A stretch of 64,000 nt of DNA from Octopus vulgaris (GCA_951406725.2 OX597826.1:40486001-40550000), one strand, 5' to 3'. Positions 36,054-49,045 are shown, numbered from the stretch's first letter. Notes: generated by a model not told the origin, from the letters alone. A program made the numbers and translations.

Positions 36054-37287
36054 TACGACGTACGTAAACTAAGTTTGCTTTTAATAGATACGAGAGAGGC
36101 GAAAATCATACGCACTCTTGTTTTTTCAATGTATTTACACAAAAACATGGGATAAACAACTACGTCTTTTTTCTATATAGTCTCCTTCTTTTCTATGCAC
36201 CTGGTCCAGCGGTCCACAAGTTTGCGTATTTCATCCAAAAAGAAGGTTTTCGGTTGGTCATGCAACCATTTATGCACTGCTTCCTTCACATCTTCATCCA
36301 TAGGAAATTGACGACCTCATAAACCATCTTTGAGCGGTCCAAAGATATGATAGTTGGAAGGGGTGAGATTTGGGTTGTAGGCAAAAGTGTTCCAGCACCT
36401 CAAAACCCAATTGTAGGCAAAAGTGTTCCAGCACCTCAAAACCCAACAGTCTTGGCGGCCGTGTGTGAGCGTGCATCATCATGCAACAACAAAACTTTCT
36501 TCGACAATAGGCTTAGTTCTAGTATAGGCCCTTTTGAGTCCCAAAATGGGTTAGCACACCTTCCCCGCGAAAGACTGAGTCTTAAATTTCTTCGTCGCTG
36601 GCGAGCCAGGATGTTTCCATTCCATCCTCTATCTTTTGGGTTCTGCCTCATAATGATAGACCCACTTTTCATCTCCTGTGACTATTCTACATTGTAGCGA
36701 TTGAGTAAACGTTGGCAGACCTCAAGACGTTTGCGCATGTGCTCTGCAGTAAGCTTTCTTGGCACCCATCTTGCACAGACTTTATGGAAGTTGAGGTCAT
36801 TCTGGATGATTTGAAAGGTAGAACCATGACTAATCTGCAGAAGAACGAACTACCTCATCGATGATAACTCGCCAGTTCACCATTACCATCTCTCGAGCTT
36901 GTCGAATCTTCTCGTCAGTGGTGGAGGTTGATGGGCGTCCTGCTCTCTTTTTGTGCGTCACGCTTGTTCGGCCACTTTTAAACTTCTCAATCTACTCATA
37001 CAGACTTCTACGCGGTAGTGCACTGTCCCTGTATTGTGATAAAAGCCTCCATGAATATCAACACCTGGCACTCATTCCGACCAGAGAAATGAGATCGCTG
37101 TTCTTTGTTCTAGAGGAGTGGCCATGCTTACATTGTAAAGCCAGGAAGAAAATTGGAGCCATTAGGCTCAAACTTCAATCATGTGACCACAACTGTACCA
37201 ACTATAAGCCCACGTGTGGTGAAGGCAGTGTGATAGTAATAATGATATTTTATGGCAAAAGTGCTGATAATTTTTTATATCTCCTTG

Positions 37288-37289
<2 letters not shown>
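36054..37289 (-). mobile_element. Mariner (Tc1/mariner) transposon relic
   Basis: Minus-strand frames: KFKSGRTSV..GRPSTST..KVCARWVPRKLT..VTGDEKWVYHY..WDSKG..LLHDDARSH..KLVDRWTRCIEKEGDYIEK; internal deletion and a 36-bp tandem duplication (36375-36446); flanked by (TA)n; TIRs decayed. Confidence 0.9.
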
Positions 37290-37370
<81 letters not shown>

Positions 37371-37417
37371 CTTACATTTCCACGTGTATTTTATATTTTC
37401 TTTTTGTAACATATTTC

Positions 37418-37462
<45 letters not shown>

Positions 37463-38110
37463 TATATGCATACTTATACATGCATTCATACATTCATTTT
37501 TTACATACATATTTCCATACAAGCATATGCATACATCCATGCCATTTATATACATGAATACACACCTGTACCTACATACATACACACACATACATACATA
37601 TAAATGTACGTGTATTTACATACATATACACCTATACATACATAAAAACATATGTACATGCATGCTTACATACATGCATACATATGTACATACATCCAAG
37701 AGAGATATTGAAAGAGGTTGCTTCAATCTCAACGGTTCATTAATTTCTGTGTTGTTTGTTTATTGAACGTCGTTAGGAATGTCATTACTGGTAAATTAGA
37801 GATTACTTTAATTGCTTTCTCGCCTCCTTTTCCTCCTCCTTCTCTCCCTTCTTTCCACCAACCTTGATCTTCCCAGTAAATTCAATGTACTATAATTACA
37901 AAAAAAATAAATTATTATTAATTATAAGCGCTCATGAAACTTGAGAATGGGAGAGGAATTTGGTCATTAATCATAGGGAAATAATATGTTTTTGTGTTTA
38001 AGAAGGCAACATTGCATCACATATAAAAGTGTGTTTGTGTGTGTATCTAAGTGTGTTTGTTTGCGAGTATGTGTGAGTGTATGTATCTATGTACATACAT
38101 GCATACATAC

Positions 38111-38169
<59 letters not shown>

Positions 38170-38250
38170 TACATGCATACATATATATATATACATATAC
38201 ATATATATATATGTATATATATATGTATGTATGCATGTATGTACATAGAT

Positions 38251-38299
<49 letters not shown>

Positions 38300-38319
38300 T
38301 GTATATAGATAGAGAGAGA

Positions 38320-38475
38320 GAGTCGTGGGTGTAAGAAGTTTGCTTCCCAACTACGTGGTTCCGGGTTCAATCTCACTGCGTGACACCTTAGGCAAGTGTC
38401 TTCTACTATAGCCTCGGGCCGACTAAAGTCTTGTGAGTGGACTTGGCTGATAGAAACTGAAAGAAACCTATCTTA
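38320..38475 (+). mobile_element. SINE family C, 5' part
   Basis: gtaagaagtttgcttcccaac..ggttccgggttcaa..ctactatagcctcgggccgac. Confidence 0.85.
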
Positions 38476-39313
38476 TATACATATACATGTATATATCACA
38501 TTCCGGTATCAGGTCCAAGAGAATCACCCCACTGATGTTGATAATTTGCATAAAAGTAATATATATTGAGTTACTTAACACTACACCTTGCATTTTTTGC
38601 TAAATACTGACGTGGTATCTTAATGACAAGCAATTTTCAGCAAAAAAAAATGTGTAATCCTGCCAGTTAATTTATGAAAGACGTGTATGCTTTATAAAAG
38701 CATAAAGTACCGAATATGAATGTACGTTGGTTTTGATTCCTTTAAGGCGGTTTAGACTAATACTTAGAATGTAGTTCTGTCACGTAATGAAGGTGAAAAC
38801 TAAAATAGTATCATGTGTCTTTCTATTTATGCATATATAAAGTATGTGCATGAATGTGTGTCGAATAGTGTTTCTTACTCCGGAAAACAATTCATAATCT
38901 ACCGATTCGAACTAGAAAACAATACAACAAGCTCAAGACGGAAATATGTTCTGCTCACGATATGGTCGACTGAAATCCTTTAAAAGTGGTTTCCAATATC
39001 GCCGTAGTCAAATAGCTGAAACCAATAAACGAATAAGGATTAAGGGACTATAAGAATGTCACGGGGCTTGTGGGGACATTGGGCACCTTAATATGAATGC
39101 GTGTATGGTTATGTATGTTATGTATGTATGCGTATGAAGCTATATGTATGTGTGTATATGCGTGTGTGTGAAGGTGTATTTACTTTGAAATTTATATTTA
39201 AATGAAGATTGGCATGTACTTGCATGTGACTTTACGTGTATGTGTGTGATGGGGGAGGGTATGGTATAGATATTCGTAGTCATGGGGTACTCCAGTTTCG
39301 ATCTTCTTGCATG

Positions 39314-39407
39314 GCATTGTAAAGAAATATCTTCAGTGGACCCATGTATTGGAAAATTGTGCATTGTAAAGAAATATCTTCAGAGGACCCATGTATTGGA
39401 AAATTGT
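39314..39407. repeat. 47-bp tandem duplication (one mismatch) in a probable LINE remnant
   Basis: gcattgtaaagaaatatcttcag(t/a)ggacccatgtattggaaaattgt twice. Confidence 0.9.
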
Positions 39408-39721
39408 GCAAACGGAAACTATGTAGAAGCCTTCCAGGTGATTTGTACCTTTGATCCATTTGGCTAGTTTTGTCATACACTGGGCTACGGTTATTCTTCC
39501 TGTAGGGTATGTTAAAGTTATCGTGGAATACTCAACCGCTCATAATGAGTAGATAACTCAGTTAATAAAAAAACCTTATCGTTGAAAGTGATGAAAGGGA
39601 AATATATAAATATATGTGCGTGCGTGTTTGTGTGGTGCGTGAGGTAGTGCGTTCGTGCAGGCGGGCGTGTATGCACACACGATATTAACTGTGGGTTTCA
39701 CGTTATTTACACAAGCATTTA

Positions 39722-40135
39722 TAGGCGTATGAGTAGCTGTGTGGTAAGTAGCTTGCTTACGAACCACATGATTCCGGGTTGAGTCCCACTGCGTGGCACC
39801 TTGGGTAAGTGTCTTCTACTATAGCCTCGGGCCGACCAAAGCCTTGTGAGTGGATTTGGTAGACGGAAACTGAAAGAAGCCCGTCGTATATATGTATATA
39901 TATATATGTATGTATGTGTGTGTTTGTGTGTCTGTGTTTGCCCCCACACACATACACACACACATCGCTTGACAACCGATGCTGGTGTGTTTACGTCCCC
40001 GTCACTTCGGCAAAAGAGACCGATAGAATAAGTTCTGGGCTTACAAAAGAATAAATCCCGGGGTCGAGTTGCTCGATTAAAGGCGGTGCTCCAGCATGGC
40101 CGCAGTCAAAATGACTGAAACAAGTAAAAAGAAAA
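39722..40135 (+). mobile_element. SINE family C, near full-length, with internal microsatellite
   Basis: tRNA-like head (gctgtgtggtaag..ccgggttgagtccc), central (TA/TG)n, tail ..ggcggtgctccagcatggccgcagtcaaaatgactgaaac plus A-rich end; tail pieces recur near 17390, 24570, 25920 and 39000. Confidence 0.85.
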
Positions 40136-41329
40136 AGAAAAGAAGAAATATGTGTCCATGTGAGAGTGGGTATTTGTCCGCTGGTTTTATGGGCATATCC
40201 GGGTGCCTGCATATATGTTTATTGCCCTGTGTGTATGTGTATGTATTTTATGTACGTATGTACATATGAATACGTGAGTGTGGATATACATGTTTGTAAT
40301 TGCGTATCTGTATTTGTCTGTCTGCTTGTATATGTGTTTATGTGAGTGAGGATACGTTTGAGTGTATGTGTATGTTTGTGTGTATGTGTACGTGTATCCG
40401 TCTGTGTACGGGTAAGAGTGTGTGACCAGTCATGCGTGTGGTTGGAACCCTACAATTCTATGAATTACCTTGGAATCCGTTATCTCTCATATCAACAGTC
40501 GCTTTGCCACAGCCATTCATCGCATTGTCAACCCATTCAACATTTCTTGCCGAATAAAGCCATCAAAGTATCTCATCCACCGCATTCGGGTTCTTTTTTT
40601 ATATATATTTCGTCGTCGTTCTTTACTTTTTGTCTTTGCCATGTGTAAATCTCTAAAATAACGTAAAACATTTCTTTATATACCACTTCATTTCGTTTTC
40701 TCTATTTTCTTTCTCTCTTCCTCTTTCTCTCTACCTCTCTTTCTGCATCTCTCTATCTCTCTCTGCCTCTCTCTCTCTCTCTACCTCTCTCTCTCTTGCT
40801 TTCTTTCTTTATTTGATCACATGACATCTCTTCCACCCAGTCTGTGACTACACATCACAATCAAAAGTGTTCTCTATAACATCAAGATGCAAACAAAGGG
40901 ATCTGTTTGTGTTCACTCGATCTGTTATTAGAAATAACTACTAAATTTCACTAACATCACAAACTACCATCTAAATAAAAGGAAGGGTATATTTAATCTT
41001 AGATATATTGTAACAAATTGATTATCCTCGATTTATAGATCTACTGAATTAACTTGTGTCAAAGGTTAAAAGCAAGAAATTCTAATACCATTTAGATATA
41101 TGAGAGACAGCTAATTGCAGCACTAAAATTTTTCAGTCATTTTCCTTTCTTGATAATCACAACAAAACAGCTAGACACATCTCCAGCGAGTCAGAACACT
41201 ACTGCGTAAAATACTTCACACACAAAAAGGCAAAAGTGGTTTCATCATGCCCCACTCCTCCCTCTTGAAACACTGTAATACACACACAGTGTTTCCTTCA
41301 GGACTCCTAAACACCTGATAAAGTCCTAG

Positions 41330-41600
41330 GAGAGCCGCCTTGACATGCGGCGCGTATTAGGTATTTTAAACCTGGCGAGGTTTACCCTACTCCAGAAACG
41401 CCAATAAGTGTTGTTATACCTCAATCGAATCCAACATGCCCGCCTCCTCTCTGACCAACACCACAACCTATTAATATGCAAAAATTTACAGGATATGGGG
41501 AGGAACTGGTATATATTCAGTCTAACGTGAGCATACAAGAAATCCTTCCTTTTTATCTGAGTGCACATAATGGCGTTACACTGGACAGAGGCATGGAATA
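41330..41600 (+). mobile_element. Possible very old RTE-type LINE remnant
   Basis: MRRVLGI..TWR..TSIES loosely resembles the RTE post-RT region; heavily decayed. Confidence 0.3.
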
Positions 41601-41989
41601 TCTGCATCAATTCATCTGTGGATGACACATTAAGTAACACAATAAATTGAATATCAATAAAACACTAAGGGAATATAATGATGCCTAAAATATAATGATG
41701 TCTAAAGAAAAAAGATGACGCCTAAAATAAGGACTCAATAAGTGGTGTAAGACACGGGAATGACAGTATAGAGTGATTCCAGTAAGAGTGAAATGTTGGG
41801 GCATTGAAGCAATACCTACAGTGTCTTCCTAATTACTGTTGGAAGTAAGAATCTTAACGGAAGATTCATTGGCGAATTGCAGAAGGAAGCAGAGAACCTT
41901 ACGTTGTGGATGTATCAGAAATACATGAGAGAAAAATGAAAGCTGAAAGCTAAGAATAATTCTGCAATAAATATCAAAACAAAATTGTT

Positions 41990-42145
41990 GTTACATTATT
42001 TACATTATTTACATTCGACGGATATTTGTCCTCATCTTGTTTGTTGTTAACACAACGTTTCGGCTGATAACACAACAACTTTCATCAGGTGTCTTGGGGA
42101 AATTTCGAACCTGGGTTCTCATTCTTAAGGTATTTTTCGATGTTG
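41990..42145 (-). mobile_element. Short hammerhead-bearing element (HHR at 42049-42093); paralog of 53089-53240
   Basis: Minus strand: GACAC-CTGATGA-a-agttg..cagcc-GAA-ACGT-T-GTGTT; palindromic ACGU stem III; preceded by (AAT)n. Confidence 0.8.
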
Positions 42146-42310
42146 TCATTATTATTATTATTGTTGTTGTTGTTATTTCTGATTTGGTTGGTAGACTTCA
42201 TATGTTACCCGGTTTAACAATACGCTTGGCTTTTGATTTAGTTCAATGAATCCTGCTAGCACTGGCGCTGCAAAAACTTTGTGGGATAGGGCCTAGTTAA
42301 ATGCATACCT

Positions 42311-42541
42311 ATTTCTTTACTACCCACAAGGGGCTAAACATAGAGGGGACAAACAAAGACAGACAAACGGATTAAGTCGATTACATCGACCCCCAGTGCG
42401 TAACTGGTACTTAATGTATCGACCCCGAAAGGATGAAAGGCAAAGTCAACCTCGGCGGAATTTGAACTCAGAATGTAACGGCAGACGAAATACGGCTACG
42501 CATTTCGCCCGGCGTGCTAACGATTCTGCCAGCTCGCCGGC
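42311..42541 (-). mobile_element. SINE family A with distinct 3' tail
   Basis: Well-preserved copy (ggcgagctggcagaatcgttagcacgccgggcgaaatgc..gagttcaaattccgccgaggttgactttgcc), ending ..gccccttgtgggtagtaaagaaat. Confidence 0.85.
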
Positions 42542-42679
42542 CTGCATAAATGCATACCGCTCTGGGTTCCCTATTTTCTGGATTTTACAGAAGCCCACTT
42601 TTGTCATTCTAGCGTTGTGTGCGTATGTATGTGTGTACTGTTTGCTTTTATGTCAAATTTTATATAAAACCGGCTCACG

Positions 42680-42955
42680 GTCGTAAGGTCGTGAGTTCAA
42701 TTCCCGGCGAGGCGTTGTGTCCTTGAGCAAAAAACTCTATTTCACATTTCCCCTGTCCACCCAGCTGGCAAAAATAAGTTGTACCTGTATTTGAAAAGGC
42801 CAGCCTTGCCACACTCTGTGTCACGGTTAACCCCCCTGAGAACTACATTAAGGGCACACGTGTCTGTGGAATGCTCGGCCACTTGCCCGTTAATTGAACG
42901 AACAGGTTGTACTGTTGATCGGATCAACTTGTTGTCGTAACCGACGGAGTGCCAG
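42680..42955 (+). mobile_element. tRNA-derived SINE family D with alternative tail
   Basis: B box GTTCAATTCC, ccttgagcaa..tatttcac core, tail ..gtcgtaaccgacggagtgcca. Confidence 0.8.
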
Positions 42956-43487
42956 TTTATATAAAGCCAATTTAATATAACACTGAAATAAGGCAGTGAG
43001 CTGGCAGAATTGTTAGCCTTTACGTTCTGCGTCGACTTTGCATTTCAGGGTAGATAAGTCGAGTACTGGGGGTCGAAGTAATCGACTCTTTCCCTCCCCC
43101 GAAATTGCTGGACTTGTGCCAAAATCTGAAACTAATATTAAACTAAAGGATTATTCAATACTTGTTAGTAAAGTACATATATTTTACAAGGTAAAGTTTG
43201 ACAGTAACTTCAAAGTTTCAGTTTGATCGACTTCGTCGGACAGACTGATGGAGGCAAAGATCTGAAAAATTACAGTCGCTGTCAAAATTTTCCTTGTAAA
43301 GGTTAATACACAACCACACATTCATGTGCGCGCGCGTTCACAAATACACACACACACATCTATTAAGTGCAAAGAAAGTTTTATCGCATTTTGACATGAT
43401 TATTTTGAGGATACTTTTTCAATACTTTCGGTAAACTAAGCATTAATGATTTTTTTCTAGGCACTGCATGTTGTATGAATTTAAAAA

Positions 43488-43719
43488 AGATGCACGCTCA
43501 CATACACATGCACGCACATACACAAGCACACACACCCACACATACACATAGGTTATTTTATGTAGTAATGAAATTTTCTAACAATGCGTCTTTCATATTT
43601 TCCATATATGTATGTGTCACTTTCTATATATGTGTGTGAGTACATGTTTATGTGTGTGTATATATATGTGTGTGTATGTGTTTATATACATGTGAATACC
43701 TATAGATATGCATTTACAT
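43488..43719 (+). repeat. ~232-bp local direct repeat, copy 1
   Basis: Near-identical to 45231-45464. Confidence 0.92.
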
Positions 43720-43779
43720 GCATATATATATATATACTTCAGCAATGGAAAGGGCAAGAAATATTTGCATTTTCTATAG

Positions 43780-44240
43780 AAAGGAAGTATTAAATGCCCG
43801 ATTATGCCAACCATGGTGTGGTTAGTTTCACACGGAATGTATTTTTTTTTTTCTTGCAGAGTCCTTTCGAACTGGACAACCAAGTTTTGTCAATAACTGA
43901 CCTACTTAAATCCGTAGTTGAAGAAAATCCAATGCAAACTGCTCGAGAGTTCGCAAAACGGTTCAAGAAAAACCCTTACATCAACCAGGCTTATCCCTGA
44001 AAAAAAAACGTGTTCTGGGTTTGGTGGGATATGAAGTGTGTTGTCTATCATGATGTATTAAAACAAAGCAACAAAGTTAATACGGAAAAGTATCATCTTT
44101 TTAGATCATTGCAATGTTGTTTAGAGGGAAAGTAGTTTATTAATTTTGAAGAGAGTAAACATTATATTCAGTGTTTCTTTACTTCAAAAACTAAAGAATT
44201 TAACTCTCAAAGGATCGACAATTTGCCAAATAGAGAAATA
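43780..44240 (+). mobile_element. Second mariner relic, heavily deleted
   Basis: RTGQP..DLLKSVVEENPMQTAREFAKR, KNVFWVWWDMKCVVYHDVLK..KVNTEKY, FFTSKTKEF..IDNLPNR. Confidence 0.7.
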
Positions 44241-44463
44241 GGTGTGATTATGTCATCAATATTGAGAGGAAGCAAGATGGTGAGCTGGCAGAATTCGTCA
44301 CCGTGCATTTGTCACGAGTGGACAGCCTTTATATATATATATATATATATAACGAGTAAATAACATATCTATATATACTAGTGAATAAGAAACGAAAGAA
44401 AGTGACACTTAATACATTTGATAGGAGTTAGAAATATTTTAAATAACAGTTTGACTAAGTTCC

Positions 44464-44513
44464 ATTTGACAAAGTTTCGTGAGTGCGTAGAACGAACATA
44501 ACTCATCAGATAT
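44464..44513 (-). ncRNA. Minimal hammerhead motif
   Basis: Minus strand: atat-CTGATGA-GT..AC-GAA-AC ttt GT-C-aaat; canonical core, GUC site, weak stem I; ~110-nt tail to (AT)n at ~44350. Confidence 0.6.
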
Positions 44514-45230
44514 CGGAATATCTGATGAAATGGCGCTGCGTCAAATCTTTATATGGAACCAATAAAATATAGTACTAATATTTATGCTTGAGATTTTGAG
44601 TCTTCTGTATGCCGCCCAATAAACTTTGATCTGGTTTCCATTTAAGCACCAATGTTATCTACAGAAGATAACTGTCGTCGTCATCATCGTTTTTAGTTAT
44701 TTTTTGCTTTGTTTTGTTTTGTTTTTTTGTTCAAAGCGTAGGCGCTCGTGCCCATTATCTTTCCAGTCCTTCAGACTGAAAAGCGGTAAGTTCGGTTTAT
44801 GTCCAACGTGAACATTTCCATGTCAATGTCTGCAGGAAAAATGGCACCAGAGAATTTTGGACAAGACGCTTTCCACTAAAAGACTTCTACTAAACCTATT
44901 TAGAATCTAGGTGGTTGTTTGAATTCAGGCGTAAATCTAAGATTGTAAATATTCCATCGAAAATATTTATTAATATATTTGCGTTTGTAGAAATTAGCCC
45001 ATTACACTCGAGTAGAACAACCTACTCCAGCGATGTCTTAGGCAAAAGTTCAAATACGAATTAATCGAATTTATGGAAAGGCAAAATCTCAGCGTTGCCA
45101 AGTTTTAAGCTACTTTTGAAATCATTGCTTATCCCTCGCTTTATTGCTTTTCATTCATTTTCTTCGCCCCTGTGTCATTTTATCTGCTACCGTCGTGTAT
45201 GAACACACACATACACACACACACACACAC

Positions 45231-45464
45231 AGATGCACGCTCACATACACATGCACGCACACACACAAGCACACACACCCACACATACATATAGGTTATT
45301 TTATGTAGTAATGAAATTTTCTAACAATGCGTCTTTCATATTTTCCATATATGTATGTGTCACTTTCTATATATGTGTGTGAGTACATGTTTATGTGTGT
45401 GTATATATATATGTGTGTGTATCTGTTTATATACATGTGAATACCTATAGATATGCATTTACAT
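45231..45464 (+). repeat. ~232-bp local direct repeat, copy 2
   Basis: Near-identical to 43488-43719; followed by a long (AT)n/(ATAC) tract. Confidence 0.92.
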
Positions 45465-45466
45465 AC

Positions 45467-45545
<79 letters not shown>

Positions 45546-45566
45546 CATATATATATATATATATAC

Positions 45567-45663
<97 letters not shown>

Positions 45664-46564
45664 TATACATATATATATACATATATATATATATATACAT
45701 ATATATACATATATATATATACATACATATATATATATATGTATATATACATATACATATACACATATATATATATCCATATATATATATATATTATATT
45801 TTATATATGTATATATATATACAAATATACATATATGTATGCAAATTTAGATACAGTAGTGTATATAAAACCACTTGCTAAATATATATATTTATGTGTT
45901 TATATATGTATGTATGTATATATGCCTGTGTGTATGTAAATGTATGAATGTAAATATGTCTACGTATTGATCAACGAATTTATCTGTAACGATGTATTTA
46001 CTTGAAAGTTATAAGTCCTGTAAAGTGCCAAAGGTGGAAATATAAAGCAGCAGCTAACAAAAAAAAACAAAAAACATACAACATTAACAGAAAGCACTTC
46101 ATGTTTGGAATGGTAATAATAAAAGAGAAACTATCGAAGATAATAGGATGTTTGTAGATTTCTTGACATTCTTATCTGACATATAATTCTTATAGTTTCT
46201 TCGGGGATAACTTCACTTGTGCAGAAATAACAGGAATATTAACGGTAACTGTAGGAGGCTTATTCAGGAAATATGTTTTTATTAACATCTTCGCATTTCT
46301 ATCTTGAATATGTAAAAAAATGTAATATTATTATGTGACTTGGCTACTTTCCAGTGTAATTTCTATATATTTCAATTCTAGCAATGCGCATGCGTCAATG
46401 TCTAATCCGCCTTGAACAAAATTATCAACAAAACTTACCATCACGATATTTATAGGTGGTGAGGGTCATAGAAGAAAATAAGCTACAAGTTGAAGAGATA
46501 CAAATAATCAAAACACTCCTGTAATTTCAGTGTGTTCTGTAAGCCTAATATTAGTTTCGTATAT

Positions 46565-46785
46565 GGTGCCGAGCTGGTAGAACCGTTATCATGCCGGACA
46601 AAATACTTAACGGCATTTTGTCTACCTTCACATTATGAGTTCAAATTCCGCCGCGGTCGACTTTGCCTTTCATCCTTTCGGAATCGATAAAACAAAATAA
46701 GTACCAGACAAGGACTGGGGTCGATGTAATTGAGTTACCCCTTCTTCTAAATTTCTAGCCTAATGCTCAAATGTGAAATCAATAT
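46565..46785 (+). mobile_element. SINE family A
   Basis: gagctggtagaaccgtta..gagttcaaattccgccgcggtcgactttgcctttcatcctttcgg..ggggtcgatgtaat. Confidence 0.85.
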
Positions 46786-47178
46786 TAGCTTTATCTGCTT
46801 CCATTGTTTAAAAATGACACACATCAAGTAATATTCAAATGATCAAACAAGCCACATTGTTGTACCATAAGGCATACCTACACCGAATTTGTTTCTTTAT
46901 CGCTTTAGGGACAATGGATGTTTTAAAATAAACATTTCCAGAGATATCCTTATAATGGTGTAGATTCAACCTATATAAGAATTTATGAAAACCCTTTTCG
47001 CTCCCACCAAAGCAGAATATTTTGAGTTTTCTTAAACTGGTCTCTCGATTTGCGAAAAATGGTTTTCACAACAAGTTCCGATATAATTGGAATTTATCAA
47101 CTTTCTTTCGTCCAGTAAAGTAATACTTATAGTAATATAAAGAGCAATACAAATTATTACATTTATACACACACACGC

Positions 47179-47253
<75 letters not shown>

Positions 47254-47257
47254 ATTA

Positions 47258-48695
47258 TCTATGTCCTTATAAAAAGCGAAATTTGTCTTCACATGACCCG
47301 ATTTTTTCCCTCATAACTTTCAGGAAAATAGGTATGTTGTATATAAAAGTTTATAGAAAAACCCTTCAAGCGGCATAGATTACAATTATAAAGAAATTTG
47401 TGGTGAAAATTTTTCCGAGGGATAGGAGAAAAGGAGTTTCGATACAACGGAGTTTCAGATGAAGAAGACAGCATAAGTTGGGATTTGTTCGCTTTGGCAA
47501 TGATTTTTCCATGCTTTTCACCACAGCCTTGGAAATGATGAAAAAATGTGTTGAAGACGTATTTTCGCTCCCCTTCCCGCTCACGATCGTACTCCGGGCT
47601 GATTATGGCCAATTTTTTTGCACCTAAAAAACATAGGAGGAGATTTTTTCCTTAGCAAAAGAGGAAAAAAGATATGTAAGTACTTTCAGAGGGAAAAGTA
47701 TATAATTTAAGGGAGATTTGGCTGTTGTTTCTAGCACATCCGAAGATGAGCTTCCTGGTTTTCACTCTCACATATATTGACGTTTTTCTATATTTTTCTC
47801 TCCTTACACACATTTTATGGAATGATGATGCGGAAGCAACACGCGCGTGGTCCATTGGTGGAATGTCAGCAACAACAACCAAAAAATGGTAATTTAAAAT
47901 TTAACCCCCCACACACCCCAATCTTTCGAGGCCCTGTGTGTGCGTGTGTGTAGGAGAGAGAGAGAGTAAGAAAAATATTTTGTCACAGAAAGGTATGCTA
48001 TTAAAATGAACTATCTTTTAAATAGCCCCACTTTTTTTTAATCAGTGTGAATAAATGCCAGAAATGATCTTATCAGTATGTCCAATATTTAAAATCCTAA
48101 GCAGAAAGAATGGTGATGGCGTGGAGTGGAATTGTTAAAAAACCATAAATTTTCAAATGTTTTTTATAACATAAATGTGTTTATGGGGAGAAAGATATTT
48201 AAAATCATAAATACATGCGAGATTGAGAAAGAAACGAGGACAGTGGTATTCAATGTGTTAGAAACAACCGCCAAATCCCCCTTAAATCACAGTTTTGATC
48301 GGTCTTTTTACGAAAGTCTTCTCCCGGTCCCCTCACAGAACATTTTACCCACAAATTTCTATATAACCGTAACGTATGCAGTTTCAAAGATAATTGTATA
48401 AAGTTTCATTAAAAAATACCCATTTTCCTCAAAATTTTGAACGAAAAAATGAGGTCATGTGAATTTTTCGAAACTTCTCTCCGCACCCCCTCGAAATGAT
48501 TTTTTCCTATAAATCTGTATATATTCTGAATGTATAGCATCTAACATTTATTTCATTTTTCTACGATTCCCCACCCAGCGCCAAATATTCTATTTCCGGT
48601 CATCTTAAATACAGTCTAAGTAAATAACGTTCAATGTTCATAATACAATTTTGGCAGCTCTTTCCAACCCAGTCAATGACAGGTGTTTCTGCTAG
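47258..48695 (+). mobile_element. Putative non-autonomous Helitron (~1.44 kb) with internal ~155-bp subrepeats
   Basis: 5' A|TCtatgtccttataaaaagcgaa; 3' imperfect hairpin cc(a)gtc-aat-gac(a)gg then CTAG|T; diverged inverted subrepeat 47289-47441 versus 48312-48463. Whether both ends belong to one element is inferred. Confidence 0.6.
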
Positions 48696-49001
48696 TATAT
48701 ATATATATATATTATAGGTACAGACGCGAGTGTGGCTCTGTAGTGGGTAGGAAGTTCGCTTCCCAAAACCATTTGTTTTTGTTCATGAACAAAATAAACA
48801 AAAACAAATTACACGAACGTGTATAAACAGGAGATACAAATATTACGGGCACTCCCCCCCTTACACACACACACACTAACTAAACATAGACACAGATAGA
48901 GATATACGCATGCGCAAATAAAGACACATACAATAGGAATACAAAATACAAAATTGCTGACCGTTAGTAAGGAGAGACACACAAGAAAGAAGAAAGCAAA
49001 G

Positions 49002-49045
49002 GACCACTGATGAGGACACAGAAGTGTGACGAAAGAACTCTGGCC
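49002..49045 (+). ncRNA. Minimal type-I hammerhead motif, stand-alone
   Basis: gaCCA-CTGATGA-G-g-ACAC agaa GTGT-ga-C-GAA-AG aa CT-C-TGGcc; canonical core, CUC site (49040). Confidence 0.72.
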
